Part shown: piece after piece, positions 1-12,000 of the stretch
Layout: every line of letters begins with the position of its first letter
Position numbering within the stretch: position 1 is the stretch's first letter
NCBI GenBank assembly: GCA_002633005.1
Contig: NMRA01000118.1
Location: forward strand, 119,564-183,563
DNA length: 64,000 nt
Reading direction: 5' to 3'
From: Phoronis australis
Taxonomy: Eukaryota; Animalia; Phoronida
Program-made: the position numbers and the translations under genes
Notes under the pieces: generated by a model
Database searches by the model: none
Told to the model about the DNA's origin: nothing
Seen by the model: the letters and a program-made list of their open reading frames with translations, nothing else

Positions 1-89
1 TGGACTCAGAAATTTCCAACATATTCTCCAAAAAATTCCAGGAGTGAAACCCAACATGTCTTTGGCGTCCTTCTTAAATTGGTCGAGAC
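1..89 (-). CDS. SLC6 transporter coding exon 11 (partial, TM11)
   Basis: TTTTTCAG acceptor; [30 protein letters not shown]; runs off the window. Confidence 0.93.
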
Positions 90-3000
90 CTGAAAAATCC
101 TTGTTGCTACAAATCATTGTACACCATTAAGCCAGCTTGACGCGACACTTTCCGAGAGCTGTAAATGAAACCTGCTACTAGTCGTATTGCTGTGCAACTT
201 GACAGTATTATAAACATGCCGAGCAAAACTTTCCAGTTCGTTTTTATTTACAATTCGGTTAACGTTTAGAAATAAAAATTGTCAAATCGACATCAAAAGG
301 TTTGAAATTACTAGCATCCAAGTAGCGTGTTCAAACAATTTTCTGCTAAAGGGGTAATAACCCCAGTGTACATATCGTCGTTTAACTCTAAAATTCAAAT
401 AGGCATGTATGCAAATTGTATTTTTAAAAATTGTCCAATATAATTCATTACATTGCAATGTAACATTACTTTACATACGATGCTCAGCTAACAGAGACTG
501 GTATCACATTTCAATTTTCGAATGAGTTGAATCTGAAGTTGTCTTTTGAGTTGATCTAGATTAAGTCATTAAGCGCACGCTCAGTGGAGCGAGTCAAGAT
601 CACTCACTGACGACAAGATGCTATCGGTACTCGTTAACCTTACCATAAAACCAGGCGACGGCTACAGCTTCAATGAATACAACAAATAGCAGTGATGTTC
701 CCGCAGCAAATGTGTCTAGCAGCGTTAAAACATAAATGCCTCCCTGCAAAAGATTATTATTGACGTCATCAGGCATTACATTCAGACCAAGGGTGCAAAT
801 TTATTTTAGAGACAAAAGCACCCGGTTAGGATGATACACCCCCTTCTTCGCTAAAAGACACATTTGTGCTTCCAAAACCAAGTTATTTTAATTTAAGCCT
901 TTGTAGGAATTAAACTAGTTGACAATAAAACGTGTTCATTAACTCTGCTATCCAAATATGCACTTACAGTTACAAACCCAAGTTGACCACAGAGACTGCT
1001 TGCAGAAATAACCATCTGAAGGAAGTACCCATAAAAATATTTCCAGGTGATCAGTGCAATGGGCCCACATGCGAGGCCTGCGCACGTCTGGTACAACGTG
1101 TATCAGACCGCCTGCAATTATTTTTTTTATAAGTACCCGGTGTATGTTCAACAATAATCAACTGGCAAAATACCAGGGGGGGGCAGGGCAGACATTCGCA
1201 CCCGCGAGCTGCCAAATGGAATCTGGGAGAATTTTAGGGGTACCATTACCCCCTTGCCCCATCTCCCCTAAATCCGCGACTGCTTACATAAACTTTATGA
1301 AACTGGACCAGCTTTTTTGCACACTTGCCGGAGTCAGAGAAATGAGTTGTTGTGTCACGTGACCATCACGACTGAGGAGGTGTAGCAAGGCGTCAGTGAG
1401 TGTTTGAAACGTAGAATTATCGCGGAGGAAAATGCCAGCGTAAAAGACAAAACGACATTTAGAATTGGCTCGGAGAGAAGTAAGCGATAAAATCTCTGTA
1501 CTCGGCTAAGATGTGTGTTCAAATTTCAAAGTAGCTGAGAAACTTTTTTTAGAGTTTTCTAAGCTGCGCTACATCCGAAAACCGCCGAGACAGCTAACAA
1601 GCGTTTTCTCGAGCAATGACATTTCTAAAAATAACTTACGGCCTTAGTTTAATGTTTGAGTATCACCTACAATCCTTTGTGAATCCTACGGATGACGAAG
1701 GGCAATATTTTAACGCACACAAATCGTCTCTCGAGTTCAAAATAACGCCACTGTCAGAACTGAATAAGTCAGTGTAGGCCAATCACTCCAGTAACCTTCA
1801 GAATTTATGCCGGGGTTATTTACTTGAGTATAATGCACGTGCTGAAGTTTATTAGGACTGTTTCTCGATCGCTTTCCACTATTAACTGTACAGTCGAAGC
1901 ACACATAACTAGTAGAATTAAATCATACAGTTAGTATTATATACTAGCGGTTCATGCCAATAGGTCCGTCCCGGATTACACAGCGACACTAGAATCTAGC
2001 TGTATTTACCCACAATGCCGTAAACATTCGTCAGACACATTCGCTGCCTCGTTTTCGAGCCACTGGAGTTTCACATATTATTTGTTGTTGTCTGATTCTG
2101 AACAAGTTTTTCTCTGTTGCATTACTCAATTCGTTCTTCCTATGCTAACGATGTCTTAAGTGTTGTGTTGAGGGCTGCAACACCGGCGTGAAAAAGTTTT
2201 ATAAACTGGACAAATACCCGTGGATGTGTGATCTAAAATTCTTTGCCTTCCCGACATTAATGAGAGACAGGAGAATGCGCCTGATTTCAAAAACTAGATC
2301 ACGTACATTCTTATTTCCATAATAACGGCGAATAAAAGTCATCTATAATGCATACAAACATCTACTGTTGAGTGACAATATCTGGCGAGTGCAGTTTTCA
2401 AATGCATATTCTATGCTACTGTTACTGAGTGCCGAAGCGTGTCAGTTTGCGTTGTTTCCAGGAATAGTGATGAAAAATGCATGGAAAACTATGCCTCGAC
2501 ATTGTTGTTCTCAATGCAGAATAAAGAATCGTTATCAGATAAATACATGCAAGGTTGGTTACATTTAATTCAACCGACATCACAACAGTCGCGTTTCAGA
2601 TTACACTCTTTCCAAGAATCTTCATGAAAAAATGCTTGAAAACAGTGTCTCGGAGTTTGTTGTTCTCAATGCAGGGTAAAGAATCGTTATCCGATAAATA
2701 CATATGTACAAAGACGTTCTCTTGCGCTACACAAGGTTGTTGCATTCAATTCAACTGACATTACAATAGTCGCATTTCAGTTTGCGTTCTTTCCAAGGAT
2801 CGTCATGAAAAAATATTTGAAATGCTATTCCCAGAAATTGTTGTTCGCAATGCTGGGTAAAGAGTTGTTATAAGTTTTCTGTGTTTTTGCTTCTTTGACC
2901 CCGTTATCCTCAGAAATTTCTGGCAATATTTCCAATTTCTATTTATTATTATTATTACTGAGACCATGGATGAGTTAATCCATAACAAAAACTATTTCAC

Positions 3001-6000
3001 TGTCCAGCAGCTTCTATAATTTTCACACTACCACAAAAATGAGATTTCATATTAAAATTTTACACTGATTTTGAGCGAAAACTGATGTGCCCGACTCTTA
3101 AATTATTTATCAGAGTAGGAATTGTTTAAACTACATTTTAATAATATAACATAAGAAAGTAAACTGCAACGCATAGTATGATCCAAATCCGTGACATAGG
3201 GTGTATCATCCATTTATGGCTTTTTGTCTGGTCTGCAGTGCACTGCACTCTTAAGATAGGAAACTGGTTGGTATTCTCATCCGAATGTGTGAATGAATGA
3301 GCTTATGAAAAACTAACGTTCATTGCACTGCAGTCATGATGTGAATAAAAGAATGAAAAGAAAAAACAAGAAATTGTGGTTTTAATATGGGTGTGCCGTC
3401 TGTATTCGTCTTTTTATCCGTTTTATTCATAAAAGGTACTTAGTCGGCACGCATCTGTTTGCAAATTTTATAATGAACACGCGATTTACTCCGTGGATGG
3501 GCGGACACAGGTTATCACTGACCGGTGTTTAGCAGCTTTCGGTGCGACGATAGGCTGAAGACAGGTTCGAATTAATCACTTTATTAATTTCGGCCGCACG
3601 TACTCAAGTCTACTCAAACAAAACGTACTACGTAATGTTTGTTCTATGCTGCAGCTAGTTCTGCAAAACCTTGACCATTGGCGGATCCAGGATTTTGAGT
3701 TGGGGGGCGGGGCAGAGTATTAGCAAGGAATTTTCCCGTCAGACACTTACACCCCGAGTTCCCAAATTCACTGTGGGAGAATTTTTGGGGGGCCATGGCC
3801 CCCTTTGCCCCCTTCTACATCCACCATTGCGCAAGAACATCGCCAAAGGAGCTCGTGCGACCACGTGGCTCGGTTGCAACACGAAGTTCGCGTGTTCTTG
3901 CCATTTCGCGAGATTCTCACCTCTACGGAACCTATGCCAAGTGGCGAGACTGGCTTGTACGCGAAACAGCTCATCAAGAACTATCAAACAACATGGCGTG
4001 GAAATCGATATTTTGTGAATCCACAAAAATAGTTCAGAAACGAACCGCATTAAATCGAGATTGAAGGATTTAACGTTTTTAAAACTAAAATAGCTTTCTT
4101 TATTTTGAACATTTCACTGCAAACTCCCTAAAAATCTGGTTGCCGTACGCGAATGACAAATCAGTTGCCTAGGAAACTACGGCATAGGAAACACTTCGAA
4201 AATCTGTAGCAGATATTAGGAAACAATACGCAAAGCAAGAAACGAGTAGTGTTTTTTATTAAAAGTAGTCTGTCGCCTTCACTTCAACGCCCATGTTTAC
4301 AGAGCCAGTATAAGGTCTTACTAGTAATCGGGGAACCCTGGTAGAGAGGCTGTCGCCTACGGTCGCCAAACGTACACCCCTGCGATTGCTACACTTTTCT
4401 AACTACCTCTTGCTCTTCACAATTCCCAGTGGTCAGCGCAATGTTTCCAAACTCTCTTTGATTGCCATCATTTTCGAAGGGCCCCTGAGTTGTACTGGAC
4501 CTATTTTCTGTAGCTTATTAAGCAAGCGGTATGTTCAGGCACTGCCGACACTCGAAAGCTTAGACTTTTTTTACAGATGTGGCCACCAATCACATGTATA
4601 CATGTAGCTGTTCGCGCTTAATTTCAGATATTATTTCATAAAAATGGCCCTTGCTTTCCGATTGCCATGCTGTTTCTCGGCGCATGAAATGATAACCTAA
4701 AAGTCACTTTATTGACCTCTCTTCTATGCACTGACAAATGGCCAGTGTTTCCTTGTGACCATTAGACTGGGCTGCACAGGTTTTCAGAAGCAACAACAAA
4801 CTACTTACATACGTAGTACACATCAAAGAGATCAGACAGGCTGCGAAGACAATAATGGCGGTCAAAACCACGTGACCGTAGCGAACGTTACTGAGTGGCC
4901 TTCTCAGTACATCTTCAATGCCCGTAACCACGGAATGGAGGCCTCCCAACTGCAACAAAATTAGATTAGAAATTCAGGAAACACCGTTGAGAGTTTAAGC
5001 CAGCATGTGTACATGTACCAGTAGATAACGTTTCCCTGTATTTGTTTATTTGTTTCTGAGCTACGGGTAAACCATTTCTGCTCAAGATTACTTAATCCAT
5101 GGTGAGCGCAAGGTCGAGGGTTTCGTAGACGTAAGACACTCTCAAGCAAAGATAGTGTGATCACGTGCTTCGTTCATAATGCATGGTGAAATTCTGCAAT
5201 GGCTTGCGCGATCTCTCTTTCCACGCAGCTAATAAATTATTACTGCTCTTTGTACGTGGCCAGGCAGCACGCAGGTATCACGCAGTGGCACGCGCTTTAG
5301 CATTGGTTGATGTAACCTCAGCAGTCATTGGTTAGCTTTCCAACACTGTGAAAAAAGGGCGAACTGTGAATGATTTTTAGCTTTGTCATGCAAGTGGCGT
5401 CGCAGCAACTATTTTTCGTTTCTGCAATGATGTTTAATAGCCGCGTGCTTGAAGCACATACATGTACAATAAACACATATCTGGCCGATTTAGCCGATGT
5501 GTCTTTCATACTGTATGAATACAGGACAGTATCGTAAACAAAATTCGACTAGCCAATCAGAAACGCCGGTGTAAAAAAATTTCCCGAGGGAAAATTAAAT
5601 GATACCTGACCACCTAGCGGAACGCAGAGAATTAGCGAGATATTACTGGAACCTACTATATATCTTGGTAATTTTAGTTTTTGGCTGAGATACGGTTTCA
5701 AGGTGTACTTAATTCTGGGCACTTATCACTCAAGGTATGTATTTAAACCTACTGTGCGTGTATGGATATGTTTGTTGGGTCATCAAGTTATTTTATATCT
5801 GCCAGTGCTATGTTGTCACGTTGGCTGTCTTCACCAAAAGCATTGTAAACTCGATCACTTGTTCGATTACATTAGATTAGAAGTCATCTGTTAGCATGGT
5901 CACCGAATAATGACTTACCGAACTGTCAATCCCGAGCATGACCACCATTAGAAAGAAGATAATTGACCAGACCGTCGGTACCGGTAACGTCTTTATTGCC

Positions 6001-9000
6001 TCCGGGTAGACAACGAACACCAAGCCCGGCCCTAAAGAGCGAGTAAATTTGATCTGAGCAGTTGTGTCCTGTCTAAGGTGACGCTTCTGCATCAATGTAT
6101 TATGACTTAATTCGCGTTCCGAATTTCCTCTACCCTCACCTGTTTCCCCTCTTGTCTAGTATCCCTCATTTCCTCCCTCTAAGCCCCTTCTCACCATCGC
6201 GTCTCTCGCCTACTCTCCCCTGCTTCCCATCCATTCACTCCACCTTCATTCCTTTTTCGCCGTTCATTCTTCCCAACAAGCACTATCTTTTCTCCTTACT
6301 CTCCCCCTCTCCCTTCTGTCTAGCTCACGCTTTTCCTGGTCCTTCCTTCCGGCATCTTCCCTCCATCACCTCCCACCCCTTTCTTCCCCTCATCCCTTCT
6401 ACCATCTGCTTTTCTCGTATTTACCTCCCCTGCCTTCCCTCTTACATCCCTCTATCTCTTCTTCACTCTTCAATACTCTCTCCCCATTCTACTTTCATTC
6501 TTCTGTTATGTAGTTGCTGACTTACCATCAGTCGCCACTGTTTCAATGTCAACCTTCTGACTGGCTGCCATGTAGCCCAGATACGCGAAGATGACAAATC
6601 CGGATAGAAGGCTTGTCAAACTATTTACTATGACCGTGATGATGACGTCCCTGGACAATAGTTGACAAATAAAACTCAAATCTCTGCTTTACATGAGACG
6701 TTCAGACACTTAACAAATGCGCTGAAGGGCGCCGTTTTACTTTCGAAAGACAAATTTATCTTAAAACCAATGACACGTAACACGTAATCAGTTACTTACT
6801 AATTGCCATACTGTAAGTTGTATGTTAATATTTAACATGTGCTCTCCATTAAAAATTCTTGATATTTACGAATAATAAACTATTTAGCTTAATAGCAAGG
6901 GATTAGTAAGTAGCAAATTTCCTCGTTCAAAAAATTTATAATTAGCCAGAGCAATTAAATATCCTGCTTTGCTAACGCGGAGAGTGTTTTGTTACAAATG
7001 TGGTGCCGTAGGCGAGCTGCATCAACATAGCATTCAAAGTAAAAGGCAACCATATTGATGAAATGACTAATCCAGCCCTTGTTGTGTGGACCAGGCGATC
7101 AGTCTTCGTTGCTATGTTACATGGTGTCATCTTATCCACGAATCACAAGTCATAAGAGTCCGACATCTTACATGTGTCAGGCAAAAGGTAAGCCGGGAAG
7201 GAGACAAGCCCATGAGTTTTGAAGCAAACAAGTTAGCACCTATGGCAAGTCTTTGCCCACTACTAATCTGCAAACAATATATGAAGGTCGCCGCATTTGT
7301 TGTTCGGGCACTACTGCCGAAACAGAGAGCTATGAAATTGACATGTATCCTAGAAAAACCACCTCTAATTCAATCAAGTATTGAAATACTTTTAAAACTG
7401 ATTAATTTCGTTGTACGATGATAGTTTTATGTTGACTGGTGTGTATTTTCTGGTGTGCTGATTTTCTTACGTCGGCGTAAGCGATTTTTCTGGATTTTGA
7501 GTACCAAACATTTTAGTTTTGGATTCTATACAAAGAAGTTATAGCGCAATTTTTCCTTTTGCTTACTTGGGTATTTTCATAACTCCTGATCTGTTGTCTT
7601 TCAGAAAATATGTACTGTAACTAGTTGACACAATCTATGTTTTCTTGTAACTGCCATTGAATTGACGGTCACCATGCGCTGGGACGGAATGACAGTCAGG
7701 ACCGGTCAGCGACTGATTTTTAAGAGTTTTATTCGTTAAAATTCTGAACGTTCTTCGTGCCAACGAATGTAACGTACTGTCAAGGAAAAAAATCCTGCCT
7801 GATTTTGTTGCGATGAGAGACCTCGCTTCGACTCAAGCAAGTATTCAGTCTTGAATGGAATATTTAATCCAAAACTATTTTAGTTAGTGTGGCGCGAGTC
7901 ACTATTCATATTCTGATGTCCATTGTGACGTCTACTTGATGCCATCTGTTGGCTATTCATTGAGTTCTATGGAGACCTCGTGGTTTGAGTCAGTCTTGAA
8001 TCGGAGTTTGTGAACTGAGTGGGGCTGTATCGTTGGTATAAGCACAATATATGATTGTACTGCAGTCATTGGTCTTATTATTTATTTGTAAAATGCGAGC
8101 CCGTGACATTAGTCTAAAAAGATCGGGAATAAAATAATGAAAAATGTACTGGTTGGGCGGTAAAAGATATATGCTACATAGACGAACCTCCGTACCCATG
8201 AATGTATGGATGTATGTATGTAATGCGCGATTGCATCTTTGTAGACCTAATGAAATAACTGTTGGTCAGAAATTAACGAACTTACCTGTAACAATTGTTG
8301 TGGAACTTATTATAGCTGGCGTAGGATAAATGGACCCCAAATCCGGCTCCGATAGAGTAGAAAATTTGGAAACAAGCGTCAATCCATACCTATAATGTCA
8401 AGTGTTCAATTTGTTTGGTTTGGTGGCTATTTCAATGACATCATTTTAATGAGTAATTTGCTGATGGCATTGACTGCATTTGTCATAGTCGGTCTTACTG
8501 CCTGGCTAAGACCGTGACATCTGGGTAGAGTTTCGTAAAATCCTGATAATGAAGCTAGTGTGATCACGTGATTCGATTGTAATACCGGGCTCAATAACGC
8601 TTAGCGCCGGTAACGTAAACTCATCAAGTGCGACTTGGTGAAATTACCAGGTCGCCAAATGGGAAAGGAGGTCGCCTAATTCTGTTGGAAAGAGTCGAAA
8701 CTGAGTGAAACGAGATGCGTTAGATCAATGGCTCACGAACTGGGCAAATGTTCAACAGCCCGGCGTTTTTTTGGGGAGGAACGAAAAATTAATAGCCCAA
8801 TATCCCGCGCGTAGGTACACCTCCTGGGGCAGGCTAACACGATCAGACCGTTCCGAGGTTTGAAGAACGATTCCTGCTTCCAACTGCTTGCTTGCTGTAG
8901 CATATTTGAGTGCGTAATCGGATGTGGCGTGGTAAGGTTTTTATCAGGTCGCCAAATCGAGCCCAGTAATACATGGCGACATCTAAAGCGCATTCGTTGC

Positions 9001-12000
9001 TTTTTCCCTAAATTCTCGCCTCGACGGAACGCGCCACGCCTGATTTTCAGTGACGACTGCCGGCTTACAGAACAATGAGATGATGAGATGTCTTGGCCGA
9101 TTTACCTAACGGAACTGGCGAGTTCAATCAAGTTCAGCCATTGCACTGACTACCGGGAATTTCAAAAACTGCTCTACAAAGAAAATACTCCCACGAGCAC
9201 AATTTCAGTCTCGTTCTACAGACGATTTCTTCCAAGATGTTGAAAATATACCCATTCAAAATACAAGCAGGTTTCCATTTTGGGAAAAAGTCTTTCAAAT
9301 GTTGTACGATGAATCTGCTTCCATCGAATGTAGCTGTATTTGTAACAGGCACTCCAATGTATACGATGGGTCAATCTTATTAGACGGGAGCCACGTGATC
9401 AGTGAACTGACAAAAACATTCTTATAGTGGTAACATAGACGACCTTCAAATTACAACGTTCTGGAACTATACGGAACGGAGCAGATAAATTGTATTTTTT
9501 TTTACGGCAGAATGATGAATAACCGTAAAGGTCTGGGGGGGCTTTCCAAATCCTTTTCCCCCTCTTCCTCGATTTTTAAATCTATTTTCCACTGCACTTA
9601 AATTATAAGGTTCTGTAATAAAACCAATTCTAAGCCAAACGAATTTAACTTATTTATAAGTTTATTTTTTTTCAATTTCTAGTGGTACGGTTAAATGAAG
9701 CTAAGCTGCTATTTTGTGAACTTAGAAGAATTTATCGTTAATTTCAAAGTCATTGTTTACAGAATATTTTGTTGCTTTATCTACATATTTTCATGTAGCT
9801 GGGACACTCTCAAACCATTGGAAATTAAAGTAAATTATATATTAAAAGTTCAACTCACGAATGGGCTGACTAATTGGTCTATTTGAGGCCTGATGAAATA
9901 AAGAATGCCGTCGACAGCGCCCTCTAGTTGTACTCCGTTGATCAATAGTACTGTAAGGAGTATGTAGGGAACAGTGGCAGTGACCCAAACGACCTGAAAA
10001 CAGCTGATCATGACAATTGACGCAATCATTTGAATAGCAACTGATGACCACCGTTCAAGGAATATAAATTTTCTAAGACATCTATGCAATTAATTCGCTA
10101 TATGTATGCAAACAATAACCAGCCTTAATGGTCGATTATCATCACACGTGTTCGACCAAAACACTCGGAAAAAGGAAAATAACCAGTACGGTATTTTACA
10201 AAATCAATGCGTAGGATACGTACCTTGATAGAAAATATACTCTGTGACATAACGCTTACGCACCTTTCCGGATGAACGTACTCCACGACATAACGCCAAG
10301 AACAGAATGGTAAATACTAGGACAGTGCATAAGGCGAGTGGCCATCGAGGGATGCCAAGATCTGTTAAACCACTGCTGCGATGTACCTCTAACACAGCAC
10401 GACTGAAAGCGAGATTTAGACATTTGTAATCCACACGATTCAATCGTAGAAATATTGTACATGTTGCTTTAGTAAAGCAACATGTACAATATTTCTATTG
10501 GAAAACACATTTTACCTCTGGAAACAGGGACGGGTCAGGGATTTAAGTAAGGGGGCCCACGTACACTGATCTGTACAAGTATGTAAAGTCAACCAAAACG
10601 TTTTCATGTGACACATGTGTAAGGAACACCCCTTCACTGAGCCAAAAGGCCCTCCACATCAACGTGAGAAGTGAACCCATTGGAGGAAAGCTGACATTTA
10701 TAAAGGACGATAGGGCTGGCTTACAATGAGCTCTAAAATACATGATATAAAATGTCCATATTCCTATCAGTGGCAGACACTGGTACTGGGCTAAGTAGCT
10801 TTCGCCGCAACATATCACGACTCGAATTAACGCCTTCACTGAGAATGAACAGAGAATTCGATGTAAATGGAAATACAAATCGCCTCAACCGAGACCACCT
10901 TCAACAAAACTTTATAACAGTTGGAGTTCCTATTACGTTTGACTGCAAAAAAGGTGGTGTGTCAGTGATATCAATGCTTGTGTGATTATGTAAAATACTG
11001 TTTGACATTATCTCACGACCACACACTGTATGTACCTTACCATTTGAATGCTTTTCAATTGATGGAGATGTCAATAGATAGCTCTCAGTGTACACGAAGT
11101 GTATTCAAGTTGTTGTTCGTTTCATTTGCAAGATACTATCACGACCCAACGGGTGTAACCAGGTGTCGAAATCACAATATTCTTACAATAAAACTGAACT
11201 CGAGGATGGTCAGAAAACATTAATCAAAGCAATATTCATGGGTTTTGCATTGTTACGGTCATTCGGAGCAACATATTGCAGGCCGCATTGTTCACTGGCT
11301 GAGTGGTCATGAATGTAAAGAAACCCGAAAAAATTGTCGCGCATGAATCATGAAGGTCTCGCCAAATCGAAACATGAAATAAAGCAGGGCCCACTCATAT
11401 CGACACAAGGTGCTCGCTTGTGAGGATTTAAATCGTTTACTGTCCTAGCAACCAAATATCACCGTGAGTTAGGTGACTTGTGCTGTGAACACGATTACAT
11501 TGGTACGGCACTAGACTACACTACAGGTGTGGACACCATTAGGTATAAAGTGACCCAGTCTGCCACTGACCTCCTACCTTGGTTCAGACTAACGATCGAT
11601 TAAATTTTAATTTTGACCTGGCTGTGAAACAATAGTTTGAAAGCTAACATGAACCCATCCTCCATCACAAAAAACAACTTTTGATTAAGACCACTTACGG
11701 CTATGAAATTGGTCCCAAACTATTTCTTGGCAAATTTCAGGCGATTAAAGGGCTTCACAGCATTGCTTGTGGCTAGGTACAATGTAATACAAATTGGCTT
11801 TCCGCAACTTGTCATTCTGTATTCTGAGTAATGTCTCGTAGAATAACGATTTATGAGTTCTTTGAAAGTCCACAAATTACTTCCCATCTCAGTAAGGGAC
11901 AAGTTTAGACCGATTTTATATCGGTGAAAGTTCTAAATCAACAGTTTGCTTCTCTGACGGAATACGGATTTATAACTGGCTAAACTGTGTGATTACCATT

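Noticed and set aside
6095-6520. 141-aa Pro/Ser/Leu/Phe-rich ORF
   Set aside because: Artefact of the C/T low-complexity tract inside an intron
11295-11312. TGGCTGAGTGG tRNA A-box-like motif
   Set aside because: No B-box or cloverleaf; no tRNA or rRNA gene recognised anywhere in the window
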